The notes under the pieces: generated by a model
What the model was told of the DNA's origin: nothing
Database searches by the model: none
What the model saw: the letters and a program-made list of their open reading frames with translations, nothing else
Position numbers and translations under genes: made by a program
Shown here: in pieces, positions 46,701 through 61,725 of the stretch
Layout of the letters: each line of letters starts with the position of its first letter
How positions within the stretch are numbered: position 1 is the stretch's first letter
Origin: Vicinamibacterales bacterium
GTDB taxonomy: Bacteria > Acidobacteriota > Vicinamibacteria > Vicinamibacterales > UBA8438
Assembly: GCA_958296065.1 (NCBI GenBank)
Contig: CATQHX010000002.1
Coordinates: forward strand, 11,761 to 75,760
Length of the DNA stretch: 64,000 nucleotides
Direction: 5' to 3'

Positions 46701-48026
46701 ATGGGGAACAACGTCTGGACGGAACTTCTTGCCCGCATCGAGACGAAGGTCAACCGCCACAGCTTCAACACCTGGTTCAGCCCGACCGTCTTCGTGGAGG
46801 ACACCGGCGACCGAGTGACGGTCAGGGTACCCAGCGAGCTCTGCCGCAACTGGCTCACCAAGCATTACTCCAGCGTGATCACGGAAGCAACGACCGAGGT
46901 TCAACGTAGCGGCGTCAGGGTCGCGTTCGTGATCGACGCCGAGGTCGGCACGGTCACGGAGCGGCCACCGCCGCCGCCCGCGTCGCCCCGGGCCCCGGCG
47001 CCGGGGGCGGCGACCCGCGGCCTCAATCCACGCTACACCTTCGACACGTTCGTGGTCGGCTCGTCGAACCAGTTCGCGCACGCGGCCGCCGTAGCCGTCG
47101 GCGAGGCTCCGTCCCGTTCGTACAACCCGCTGTACCTGTACGGCGGGGTCGGCCTCGGCAAGACGCACCTGATGCACGCGATCGGCCACTACCTCCTCGG
47201 TCAGATGCCCGATCTCAAGCTCACCTACATCTCGTCCGAACGTTTCATGAACGAGATGATCAATGCCGTGCGCTACGATCGTACGCTCGATTTCAGGGAA
47301 CGTTACAGAAAGCTCGACGTCCTGATGGTCGACGACGTGCAGTTCCTGTCCGGGAAGGAAGGCACGCAGACAGAGTTCTTCCACACGTTCAACTCCCTGT
47401 ACGACGCGCAGAAGCAGATCGTCATCAGCAGCGATTGCCCGCCGCACGAGATCCAGGCGCTCGAGGAACGCCTCCGCTCACGGTTCGAATGGGGACTGAT
47501 CGCCGACATCCAGCCCCCGGACCTGGAAACGAAGGTGGCGATTCTCAAGAAGAAAGCCGAGGCCGAGGCCGTCCCCCTGCCCGACGACGTGGCCCTCTAC
47601 ATCGCCAGCGGCATCAAGTCCAACGTCCGCGAGCTGGAGGGTTCCCTGATCCGGCTCATCGCGTACGCCTCGCTGACCGGCAGCCCCGTCTCCCTTCCTC
47701 TCGCGCAGGAGGTGCTCCGCAACATCCTGCACCGTGACGAGCAGCGGGTCAGCATCGACATGGTCCAGAAGTTCATCGCCAACTACTACCGGCTCAAGCT
47801 CTCCGACATCAAGGGCCGCAACAGCTCGAAGGCGATGGCGGGCCCGCGGCAGATCGCGATGTTTCTCTGCCGGACCCTCACCGACGCCTCGCTTCCCCAG
47901 ATCGGCAAGCACTTCAGCAGGGATCACTCCACGGTCGTTCACTCGATCCGCAAGGTCGAAGCGCAGTGCAAGACCGACCGCGAGTTCCACAACCTGGTCA
48001 ACAGCTTCATCGAGACGTTTCGCTAG
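46701..48026 (+). CDS. dnaA: Chromosomal replication initiator DnaA
   Basis: NPLYLYGGVGLGKTHLMHAIG Walker A, LMVDDVQFLSGKEGTQTEFFHTFN, C-terminal DNA-binding HSTVVHSIRKV. Confidence 0.97.
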   Translation: MGNNVWTELLARIETKVNRHSFNTWFSPTVFVEDTGDRVTVRVPSELCRNWLTKHYSSVITEATTEVQRSGVRVAFVIDAEVGTVTERPPPPPASPRAPAPGAATRGLNPRYTFDTFVVGSSNQFAHAAAVAVGEAPSRSYNPLYLYGGVGLGKTHLMHAIGHYLLGQMPDLKLTYISSERFMNEMINAVRYDRTLDFRERYRKLDVLMVDDVQFLSGKEGTQTEFFHTFNSLYDAQKQIVISSDCPPHEIQALEERLRSRFEWGLIADIQPPDLETKVAILKKKAEAEAVPLPDDVALYIASGIKSNVRELEGSLIRLIAYASLTGSPVSLPLAQEVLRNILHRDEQRVSIDMVQKFIANYYRLKLSDIKGRNSSKAMAGPRQIAMFLCRTLTDASLPQIGKHFSRDHSTVVHSIRKVEAQCKTDREFHNLVNSFIETFR

Positions 48027-48036
48027 CCCCCAACGC

Positions 48037-48270
48037 GGTGGATCGCCCGGTCCCCCCACATCTCCACAGCCGACTGCAACCTGCTGCGCACGCCGGTTGT
48101 GGACGAACGCGCCGACTGCTCCCCCGGTCGCTCGCCGCACTTCTGCATCCACGTCTCAGTTCGCCGGTAAATCATTGACCAAGCGGCACTTGAAAGACTT
48201 GTCCACACTTCCACAGGCCTTCTGGTTCCTGTTATAATCTGAATGATCTTCATGATCTTGTACACAACGA
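48037..48270. other. oriC: Candidate oriC core: DnaA boxes plus AT-rich unwinding stretch in the dnaA-dnaN gap
   Basis: Boxes GGTGGATCG (48037-45), ATCTCCACA (48060-68), TGTGGACGA (48108-16), TTGTCCACA (48199-207, 8/9) and ACTTCCACA (48207-15). AT-rich TTCCTGTTATAATCTGAATGATCTTCATGATCTTGTACACA (~48225-48265) includes TATAAT at 48233-38. Confidence 0.55.
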
Positions 48271-48312
48271 TCCGCCATCGGTTCGAGCTCTCCAGCCGAG
48301 GTCACCATCTCC

Positions 48313-49425
48313 ATGGAACTGACCGTTCAGAAGGGCGATTTGCTGCATGAGCTCCAGCTCTGCCAGGGAATCGTCGAACGCAAGAACACCATTCCGATCC
48401 TTGGGAACGTCCTGCTTGAAACGAACGACGACGGGAACGTGCGGTTGCTCGCGACGGACCTCGAGGTCGGGCTCCGCAGCCAGTGCCCGGCGTCGGTGGC
48501 CCGTGCCGGGGCGTTGACGATTCCGGCGAAGAAGCTCTTCGAGATCGTGCGGGCACTCCCGGACACCGAGATCAGGATCGAAGCAGGCAGCGCAGGTGCC
48601 GTGAACGTGTCTGCGGAGCGATTCGACTCCCGCATGCAGACGCTGCCCAAGGAAGACTTCCCGACGCTGCCCGATCCCGGCGGCGACGCCGCGGAGGCCA
48701 TCGCACGGGACGCCCTGCGGAGCATGGTGACGAAGACCCAGTTCGCAATTACGGGCGAGGATACCCGCTACTTCCTGAACGGAGCGCTGTTCGTTCTCAA
48801 GCCGGGGACGATGAGCCTGATCGCCACGGACGGTCACCGTCTTGCGCTCGCCACCGCGGAACGGGAAGGGGAGGAGGTCGGCGGAGACGAGGTGCAGGCG
48901 ATCCTGCCGAAGAAGACCCTCGGCGAGCTGTCGCGGTTGCTCGCCAGTGGCGAGGGGAACATCCGTTACACCCGCGGCGAGAGCCACCTGTTCTTCGAAA
49001 TCGACGGACGTCTGCTCATTTCGCGGATGATCGACGCGCAGTTTCCCGCCTACGAGCGCGTGATCCCGACCGGGCACGACAAGAAGATCGACTTCGAGCG
49101 GGATCGCCTGGCCAGCGCGATCAGGCGTGTCGCGCTGCTGTCGAGCGAGCGTTCGCATGCCGTCAAGTTCCAGATCGCGGAGTCGACGGCCGAAGTCACC
49201 TCGAGCAGCCCGGAGCTGGGGGACGCCAAGGAGGTACTGCCCATCGACTACGCAGGCGCCGAACTGCAGATCTGCTTCAACGCGCAGTATGTGCTCGATT
49301 TTCTCGCAGTGGCCGATACAGACAGTGTGACACTGGAGCTCAAGGACGACCGGAGCCAGGCTGTCATGTATCCGGCCGGTGAGAAGGCAGCCTACACGTA
49401 CGTGATCATGCCGATGCGCGTGTAG
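48313..49425 (+). CDS. dnaN: DNA polymerase III beta sliding clamp
   Basis: 370 aa with three-domain clamp pattern: ILGNVLLE, LLATDLEVG, ATDGHRLA, MPMRV C-terminus. Confidence 0.96.
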   Translation: MELTVQKGDLLHELQLCQGIVERKNTIPILGNVLLETNDDGNVRLLATDLEVGLRSQCPASVARAGALTIPAKKLFEIVRALPDTEIRIEAGSAGAVNVSAERFDSRMQTLPKEDFPTLPDPGGDAAEAIARDALRSMVTKTQFAITGEDTRYFLNGALFVLKPGTMSLIATDGHRLALATAEREGEEVGGDEVQAILPKKTLGELSRLLASGEGNIRYTRGESHLFFEIDGRLLISRMIDAQFPAYERVIPTGHDKKIDFERDRLASAIRRVALLSSERSHAVKFQIAESTAEVTSSSPELGDAKEVLPIDYAGAELQICFNAQYVLDFLAVADTDSVTLELKDDRSQAVMYPAGEKAAYTYVIMPMRV

Positions 49426-49486
49426 CGTCGTTTCCCGGCCGCGGCAGCAAATGGGAAGAAGCGCCGCGAGCCACCACCGGAACTGA

Positions 49487-52054
<2,568 letters not shown>

Positions 52055-52126
52055 CTGCCGCTGTCGTCACGGGGCCGGGGCCGCGCGTCGGCCCTGTTCC
52101 GACCCCCGATATCCGCAAGGAACCCC

Positions 52127-54637
52127 ATGTCCGACGTCGAACGCCCGAACGTCCCCGTCACCATCGAAGACGAGATGCGCCGGTCCTACATGGACTACGC
52201 GATGAGCGTCATCATCGGGCGCGCACTGCCCGACGTGCGGGACGGGCTCAAGCCGGCCCACCGGCGTGTCATCTACGGCATGCGCTCGATGGGGCTCGCT
52301 TCCAGCCGGGCGTACCGCAAGTGCGCGAAGATCGTCGGCGAGGTGATGGGCAACTTCCATCCCCACGGGGACGCGTCGATCTACGACACGCTCGTCCGCC
52401 TCGCGCAGGGCTTCAACATGCGCTATCCCCTGGTCGACGGCCAGGGGAACTTCGGGTCGGTCGACGGAGACCCGCCTGCGGCGATGCGCTACACGGAAGC
52501 GCGGCTCCAGGCGCTGTCTGACGACCTGATGGCCGATCTCGACCGGCAGACGGTCGACTTCGTGCCCAACTACGACGAGACCACGGAAGAGCCGACCGTC
52601 CTCCCGGCGCCGTTTCCGAACCTGCTGGTCAACGGCTCCGCCGGCATCGCCGTCGGCATGGCTACGAACATCCCCCCGCACAACCTGCGCGAGGTGATCG
52701 ACGGCATCATCTGGGTCGCCGAGCACCGGGATGCGCCAAGAGACGACCAGGTCCGGGAGTTGCTCACTCTGGTTCCGGGACCCGACTTTCCCACCGGCGG
52801 GTTCATCGTCGGACGGGCCGGCATCGTGCAGGCCTACCTGACCGGTCGCGGATCGATAACGATGCGTGCGCGCACCGAGATCGAGGAAGCGAAGAAGGGA
52901 GAGCGGGTCGCGATCGTCGTCAACGAGATCCCGTATCAGGTCAACAAGTCGCGGCTCCTGGAGAAGATCGCCGATCTGGTGCGGGAAAAGGTGATCGAAG
53001 GAATCGCCGACCTGCGCGACGAGTCCGACCGCCACGGAATGCGGATCGTGATCGAGCTGCGCCGGGGCGAGGTGCCGGAGGTGGTGCTGAACAACCTCTA
53101 CAAGCACACGGCGCTGCAGACCTCGTTCGGCATCATCGCGCTGGCGATCGTGGCTGGCCGGCCGCGTGTCCTCCCGCTGCTCGATCTGGTGGAGCAATTC
53201 CTGGATTTCCGGCGGGAGGTGGTCCGGCGCCGCACCGAGCACGACCTGGCCAAGGCCGAGGCGCGCATCCACATCCTGGAGGGCCTCAAGGTCGCACTCG
53301 ACCATCTGGACGCCGTCATCGCCCTGATTCGGGCGTCCGGGAATCCCGCCGAGGCCAAGAGCGGCCTGGTGGAGCGCTTCTCGCTCACCGAGATCCAGGC
53401 GCAGGCCATCCTCGACATGCAGCTCCAGCGCCTGACAGGCCTCGAGCGCGAGAAGATCCTGGAAGAGCTGGCCCAGCTCGCCGAGAAGATCCGCGAGCTG
53501 CGGGCCATCCTCGAGAACGAGTCCCTGCTGCTGGAAATCGTCATCGACGAACTGAGAGAGGTCCGGGACAAGTACGGGGACGAGCGGCGCACGGAAATCA
53601 TCGACGGCGAGGACGGCGAGTTCAGCATCGAGGATCTGATCGTCGACGAGGATGTCGTCATCACGGCCAGCAACACCGGTTACATCAAGCGCACGGCAGT
53701 GACGCAGTACCGGAATCAGCGCCGGGGAGGCAAGGGCCGGATCGGCATGCGGACGCGGGAAGAGGACTTCCTGACACACCTGTTCATCGCGTCCACGCAC
53801 GCCTTCATCCTGATCTTCACCGACCGCGGGCGTGTCTATCCGCTGAAGGTCCACCGCATTCCGGATGTCGGACCCGCAGGGCGGGGCAAGGCCATCGCGA
53901 ACCTGGTGGCGCTCGATCCCGAGGAGAAGATCGCCGCGCTTGAGACTCTCAGGGAGTTCCCCACCGACCCCGGCCGGCAGTTCGTCGCCATGGGTACACG
54001 GCGGGGCGTCGTCAAGCGGGTCGACCTGAGTGCCTTCCGGCACGTACGCGCCGGCGGCATCATCGCCATGGGGGTTGAGCCTGACGATGCGGTGGTGGGC
54101 GCCGAGCTGACCGATGGCGAGGGGGAGATCTTCATCGGCACCCGCACCGGGATGGCAATTCGCTTCGCGCAGTCGGATGTCCGGCCGATGGGCCGTACTG
54201 CCCGCGGGGTGCGGGGCATAAGGCTCCGCAAAGGGGACGAAGTGGTCGCCATGACAGTCGTGCGGCCGGGCGCCACGCTGTTGACGGTGACCGAGAACGG
54301 CTACGGCAAGCGGACCGAGCTCGGAGAATACCGCGTGCAATCGCGCGGGGGAGTCGGTATCATTAGCATCCAGGCGAGCGAGAGAAACGGGAGGGTCGCC
54401 GGTGTCGCCTGCGTCGACGGCGACGACGAGGTCCTGTTGATCACGCAGCAGGGCAAGGTCCTCCGCATGGTCGCCCGGGACGCACGGCCGATCGGTCGAG
54501 CAACCCAAGGGGTTCGGTTGATCGGCATCGGTGAGGACGATCGTGTCGTCTCCGTGGCAAGGCTCGTCGAGCGAGAGGGTGACGGAAGCGAGGATGCCGG
54601 CGAGACGAGCGAAGAATCGGCCGCTGGTGACGACTAG
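52127..54637 (+). CDS. gyrA: DNA gyrase subunit A
   Basis: [34 protein letters not shown] (active-site Tyr region), GyrA-box-like [10 protein letters not shown], acidic tail. Confidence 0.97.
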   Translation: MSDVERPNVPVTIEDEMRRSYMDYAMSVIIGRALPDVRDGLKPAHRRVIYGMRSMGLASSRAYRKCAKIVGEVMGNFHPHGDASIYDTLVRLAQGFNMRYPLVDGQGNFGSVDGDPPAAMRYTEARLQALSDDLMADLDRQTVDFVPNYDETTEEPTVLPAPFPNLLVNGSAGIAVGMATNIPPHNLREVIDGIIWVAEHRDAPRDDQVRELLTLVPGPDFPTGGFIVGRAGIVQAYLTGRGSITMRARTEIEEAKKGERVAIVVNEIPYQVNKSRLLEKIADLVREKVIEGIADLRDESDRHGMRIVIELRRGEVPEVVLNNLYKHTALQTSFGIIALAIVAGRPRVLPLLDLVEQFLDFRREVVRRRTEHDLAKAEARIHILEGLKVALDHLDAVIALIRASGNPAEAKSGLVERFSLTEIQAQAILDMQLQRLTGLEREKILEELAQLAEKIRELRAILENESLLLEIVIDELREVRDKYGDERRTEIIDGEDGEFSIEDLIVDEDVVITASNTGYIKRTAVTQYRNQRRGGKGRIGMRTREEDFLTHLFIASTHAFILIFTDRGRVYPLKVHRIPDVGPAGRGKAIANLVALDPEEKIAALETLREFPTDPGRQFVAMGTRRGVVKRVDLSAFRHVRAGGIIAMGVEPDDAVVGAELTDGEGEIFIGTRTGMAIRFAQSDVRPMGRTARGVRGIRLRKGDEVVAMTVVRPGATLLTVTENGYGKRTELGEYRVQSRGGVGIISIQASERNGRVAGVACVDGDDEVLLITQQGKVLRMVARDARPIGRATQGVRLIGIGEDDRVVSVARLVEREGDGSEDAGETSEESAAGDD

Positions 54638-54690
54638 GCCCGGTACCGGCGTTCGTGGCGGACGCTGGTCGCAGCAGTAAGGAGGCAGGG

Positions 54691-55578
54691 ATGTCTCGTT
54701 CCATGGTCAAGAGGTCGTTGGTACTGATCGCGGTGGTCCTGTCCGGAGGATTGCTGGTCGCGGCTTGCGGAGGAGGAGGCGATGAGTTGCTGCTTGCGCG
54801 CTCCTTCTTCCAGGCGGCGCGGTTCGACGACCGAACTTCCCTCGGGAACATGTCGCTGGTTCCCTTTACCCCGCAGGACGACGGCATAGCGTCGAGTCCG
54901 AGCGTCGAGTTCGTCGGCGAGGAGGAGCGTCGTCCGCTCCAGATGATCGAGCTGAGCCAGGCCCTTGTGGAGACCCGGGACGGCGAGACGAACTTCCGGA
55001 ACGAGAAGAAGATGTACCAGGACAACAACGAGGAGTTGATCACCCTGGCCATCGAGTCCGGTCGTGAGGGCGAGGATCCGAGCAACGCCGACATCAGAGG
55101 GGCCACCCAGGCCTGGACCGCTCGCACGGGTGAGCGGGTGGAGAGGAACAACAACGCCGGGCGGAGAGAACACTTCAACGGGATTCGCGACTCCTGGAAC
55201 ATGCAGGTCGCCGAGGAGCGCGACTGGGCCCGCAAGGTCTCCGACGCTCAGAACGCCATCAACGACGAGCGGAGCATCGTGGACGTCAGCCTCTACGACT
55301 TCGTCCGGGATTCACCCGAGGCCGTCGAGGTCGCCGAGTACGGCGGCGAGCTCGTCACGAAGCGGTTCACGGTGACTGCGAACGTGACGAAGGACGAGGT
55401 AGAAGAAGAGCGGACGATGTGCTTCATGGTCCAGAAGGCCGATCTGCACGGCGTCCCGATGCCGAGCGCCGAAGAAGAAGGCGAAACGACGGAGGGGATC
55501 GTCGAGGGCCGCTGGATCATCACGGAGATCGACAAGACCAGCAACGCGCCCTGCGCGGGTCACGAAGCTGCTGAGTAG
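54691..55578 (+). CDS. Hypothetical acidic lipoprotein
   Basis: AAGGAGG SD before ATG 54691. Lipobox LLVAAC after a hydrophobic segment. No recognisable family. Confidence 0.6.
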   Translation: MSRSMVKRSLVLIAVVLSGGLLVAACGGGGDELLLARSFFQAARFDDRTSLGNMSLVPFTPQDDGIASSPSVEFVGEEERRPLQMIELSQALVETRDGETNFRNEKKMYQDNNEELITLAIESGREGEDPSNADIRGATQAWTARTGERVERNNNAGRREHFNGIRDSWNMQVAEERDWARKVSDAQNAINDERSIVDVSLYDFVRDSPEAVEVAEYGGELVTKRFTVTANVTKDEVEEERTMCFMVQKADLHGVPMPSAEEEGETTEGIVEGRWIITEIDKTSNAPCAGHEAAE

Positions 55579-55853
55579 GTGAATCTGCGTCGCGCGGTGT
55601 TCCCCCTTCCCCCGAGGCCCCTTTCGTCGAGGGGAGCGGGGGGGACGCCGTCGGCCTCCCGCCTTCAACGAGATGTCAGGGGGCGGTCGTTAGCCGTGCC
55701 CGGGAACCCGGTCGCGCCCTGTTCCTTTCCACGGGCCGCGCCCACTGCGGCCGCGCGAGTCGGTCTCCGTGCATCGCCCGGGGATGTATCCCCCTTTGCT
55801 GTTCTGCCGGCGGCGTGCCGACTACCCTCGTGGGCGTAGAGGCACCATCCGGT

Positions 55854-56231
55854 TCATGAGGGGGCGTCCGTCGGCTTCACCTTGCGCCTGCCGTATTTCC
55901 CCTTCCACTCGTCGAGATGAGTCCTGTCCGACAGCGGAACGTTCATCCGGTACGCGGCGCGCGCGATCGCGTGGGCGGCAACCGGAGCAGTTACCAGCAG
56001 GAAGATGATCGTCAGGCCGGCGATCGCGGTCTCGGCCGTATTCCTGAAGTACAGGGCCGCCGCGCCGAACACCAGACCCACACCCAGCGTGCCCGCCTTG
56101 GTGGAGGCGTGCATGCGAATGAGCACGTCCGGCAGGCGCAAGATGCCCAGTCCGGCGACGAACAGGAAGAAGCCTCCGGCCAGGAGGCACGCGGCAATGA
56201 TCAGTTCCCACCACGGGATGTCACCTGCCAT
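55854..56231 (-). CDS. mrpG: Mrp/Mnh Na+/H+ antiporter subunit G
   Basis: Start MAGDIPWWELIIAACLL (ATG 56231). LPDVLIRMHASTKAGTLG motif. Last gene of the mrp operon. Confidence 0.85.
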   Translation of the reverse strand: MAGDIPWWELIIAACLLAGGFFLFVAGLGILRLPDVLIRMHASTKAGTLGVGLVFGAAALYFRNTAETAIAGLTIIFLLVTAPVAAHAIARAAYRMNVPLSDRTHLDEWKGKYGRRKVKPTDAPS

Positions 56232-56565
56232 CAGGTTCTTCCGTCCTTTCGCTGCTCCGTCCGTCGCGATGGAGCAGCTCGGTCGTGCGCTCGGCGTACC
56301 AGGCGAAGGCGACCGTTGCCAGAAAGGCCACCAGCGCCAGCGCCACCGCGATGTCGAGGAAGTCGGGCTCGCTGTGCGTGATTGCCAGGAGACCCGCGAT
56401 AGCGACCGCCAGCACCGTGATGAGGTCGATCGATACGACACGATCCGGCAGGCTCGGTCCCTTTATCAGGCGTACGAACGAGAACACCAGTCCCAGCACG
56501 GTCAGGACCGTCGTGGCGTCGACCGCCCATCTGACGATCTGCGAGTGCTCCGCGAGGTCTGTCAC
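56221..56565 (-). CDS. mrpF: Mrp/Mnh antiporter subunit F
   Basis: IKGPSLPDRVVSIDL motif, 3 TM segments. GTG start overlaps the mrpE stop (GTGA). Confidence 0.85.
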   Translation of the reverse strand: MTDLAEHSQIVRWAVDATTVLTVLGLVFSFVRLIKGPSLPDRVVSIDLITVLAVAIAGLLAITHSEPDFLDIAVALALVAFLATVAFAWYAERTTELLHRDGRSSERTEEPDGR

Positions 56566-57035
56566 TGCATGGCCTCCCAGACCAGGCGCTCGAAGCCCGT
56601 CTTGATCCTCCTGCGTGTCTCGTCCGGATCGTCGACGAACATCTCGTGCACATACAGCGTCTTCCCGTCCGGGCTGACGTCGAGGCTCAGCGAGCCGGGC
56701 GTCAACGAGATGAGATTGGCCAGCACCGTGATCTGTATCGGCTCTTCGATGTCCAGCGGCACGGCCACGATGGCCGGGCGCGATCTGTGCGTGGGCGTGA
56801 TCACGTCCCAGGCGACCTGGAAGCTCGAGACCGTAAGCTCATACAGGAAATACGCTCCCAGGCGGGCGGCCAGCAGAACCCTCCTGAAGTAGGCGGTCTG
56901 CCCGTGCATGGGACTCGACAGACTCAGGGCCGCGAACGCCAGGAGGAAGCCCGCGGCGAAGGTCCCCAGGTCGAAGGTCCCGAACAAGGCGCACCAGCCG
57001 CCAGCGAGCAGCAGGTTGATTTGGAAGAGCCTCAT
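56562..57035 (-). CDS. mrpE: Mrp/Mnh antiporter subunit E
   Basis: Start MRLFQINLLLAGGW (ATG 57035, ATGA overlap with the mrpD stop). ANLISLTPGSLSLDVSPDGKTLYVHEM motif. Confidence 0.85.
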   Translation of the reverse strand: MRLFQINLLLAGGWCALFGTFDLGTFAAGFLLAFAALSLSSPMHGQTAYFRRVLLAARLGAYFLYELTVSSFQVAWDVITPTHRSRPAIVAVPLDIEEPIQITVLANLISLTPGSLSLDVSPDGKTLYVHEMFVDDPDETRRRIKTGFERLVWEAMQ

Positions 57036-58570
57036 TCCGCGTTGTCTCCATAACCGGGGGCGGCTGTGGCGACAGTGTCCCGGTCGAGCACGGCTTCGAC
57101 GTAGATCGAGGGGTCCATCAGCTCGGTGGCGGCCCGTTCCGCCAGCTCGTAGAGAGGTCGGGCGTAGAGACCGATTGCCAGGGTGATGGTCGCCAGCGTC
57201 GCAATGGGAGCCAGCAGCAGCCACCGCCGCCGCGGCGCGAACGAGGGCGCCGGCCCGGCCTCGTCCGGCCGAGCCTTCCAGAAGGCGTTGAGCCAGATCT
57301 TGGTCATCGAAAAGACCGTCAGCAAACCCACGACCAGCGCCACCCCCGCGAGGACGAATTCATCGCTCTCGACCGAGGCCCGGATCAGCAGCAGCTTCGC
57401 CCAGAAGCCGGACAGCGGCGGGAAGCCCGCCAGCGAGAACGCCGGCACGAAGAACAGCACCGCGAGCAGCGGCTTGTCGCGGTAGAGCCCGCCGAGCGTC
57501 TGAAGATCGGTGGATCCGGCAAGCCGATTCACGGCGCCCGAAACGAAAAAGAGGTTCGCTTTCACGATGATGTGGTGGATGACGTAGAAGATGCCGCCCA
57601 GCAACCCGAGCGTCGTGAAGAGCGCGAGGCCGAGGATCATGTACCCGATCTGGCTGATGATGTGGAACGACAGAATGCGTCTCAACTCGTTCTGCGAGGC
57701 CGCCCCGAGGACGCCGGTGACCATGGTCAGGCCCGCCACCCAGAGCAGCAGCTCGTGCGTGTATCCGACGTCGTGCCGGAAGATCAGCGTGAAGAAACGC
57801 ATCAGCGCGTAGACACCGACCTTCGTCAGCAGGCCGGAGAAGACGGCAGAAACCGCGGTCTGCGGCGTGTGGTAGCTGGCCGGAAGCCAAAAGAACAGCG
57901 GGAATACCGCCGCCTTCAGGCCGAACGCGATGATGAATACCATGCCGACCAGGGTGAGCAACCCCTGGTCTTCGACCTCCTGCACCCGCAGGTGCAGGTC
58001 CGCCATGTTGAGCGTGCCCGTCAAACCGTACAGCAGTCCGATGCCGCTCAGCAGCAGGGTCGTCGCGATCAGGCTCAGGGCGGCGTAGCGCACGGCGCCG
58101 TCCAGTTGCGCGGGGGTTCCGCCCAGTACGAGCAGGGCCAGGGAGGCGATGAGCATGATCTCGAACCAGACATAGAGATTGAAGACGTCTCCCGCCAGGA
58201 ACGCGCCGCACACGCCCGCGAGCAATGCGTGCAGCAAGGGATGCAGAGCACGGGAAAGCGGACCGGGCCGCGTGTCCCCGAACGCGTAGATCACTGTGGC
58301 CAGACCGATCAGGGCGGAGACCGCCACCATCGCCGCGCTCAGGTGATCGGCGACCAGCGTGATTCCGTAGGGTGCCGGCCACCGGCCGATCTGGACCGAA
58401 GCGATACCGTCGCGCCACACCGACGACAGCAGGCCCGCGGCTACCCCCGCCAGACCGATGGCGCCGGCGAGGCTTACGGCCCGTTGCGTCCTCTCGCTGC
58501 CGCGGCCCGCGAAGCCGATCACGGCCGCGGCCAGCGGAATCACGATCGGGCAGACCAGCAGCCAGTTCAA
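57032..58570 (-). CDS. mrpD: Mrp/Mnh antiporter subunit D (NuoM/N-like)
   Basis: 512-aa polytopic protein with proton-antiporter motifs (WLPASYHTPQTAVSAVFSGLLTKVGVYALMRF). TTG start overlaps the mrpC stop. Confidence 0.9.
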   Translation of the reverse strand: MNWLLVCPIVIPLAAAVIGFAGRGSERTQRAVSLAGAIGLAGVAAGLLSSVWRDGIASVQIGRWPAPYGITLVADHLSAAMVAVSALIGLATVIYAFGDTRPGPLSRALHPLLHALLAGVCGAFLAGDVFNLYVWFEIMLIASLALLVLGGTPAQLDGAVRYAALSLIATTLLLSGIGLLYGLTGTLNMADLHLRVQEVEDQGLLTLVGMVFIIAFGLKAAVFPLFFWLPASYHTPQTAVSAVFSGLLTKVGVYALMRFFTLIFRHDVGYTHELLLWVAGLTMVTGVLGAASQNELRRILSFHIISQIGYMILGLALFTTLGLLGGIFYVIHHIIVKANLFFVSGAVNRLAGSTDLQTLGGLYRDKPLLAVLFFVPAFSLAGFPPLSGFWAKLLLIRASVESDEFVLAGVALVVGLLTVFSMTKIWLNAFWKARPDEAGPAPSFAPRRRWLLLAPIATLATITLAIGLYARPLYELAERAATELMDPSIYVEAVLDRDTVATAAPGYGDNAE

Positions 58571-58952
58571 CCGACCGCCCTCTGCCCCGCATCCGCGCCT
58601 GCCGACGTGGGTTCCGCAGCCCGCATGCGGTCGGTGTCGACGGTTTCCAGTTCCTGGTAGGTTCGGAAGGCGAGCACCAGCGCGAACGTGAGCAGGCTGA
58701 ACGAGATCACGATCGCGGTCAGAATCAACGCCTGGGGCACGGCGTTCGAGATGTCGGGAGGAGGCGCGGACGCTCCCGGCGCGATCAGCGGCGGCCTGCC
58801 CCGTGTCATGCCTCCGCTGGCGAAGATCACGAGGTTGGCGGCATGGGAAAGCAGCGCCAGCCCGAAGATGAACCGCACGAAGTTGCGGCTGAGCATCAGG
58901 TAGACGGTTGCCGCCATCAAGACGCCGACAATCACGGCAACGATTGGCTCCA

Positions 58953-58953
<1 letters not shown>
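58567..58953 (-). CDS. mrpC: Mrp/Mnh antiporter subunit C (NuoK-like)
   Basis: Start MEPIVAVIVGVLMAATVYLMLSRN (ATG 58953, TGATG junction with the mrpA stop). 3 TM segments. The rest of the 761-aa track ORF is off-frame over mrpA. Confidence 0.85.
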
Positions 58954-61712
<2,759 letters not shown>

Positions 61713-61725
61713 ACTCGATCCCTTG

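Noticed and set aside
55579-55853. GC-rich imperfect palindromes between the lipoprotein gene and mrpG (possible terminators)
   Set aside because: Pairing is imperfect and I could not define a clean stem by eye, so it is not reported as a feature.
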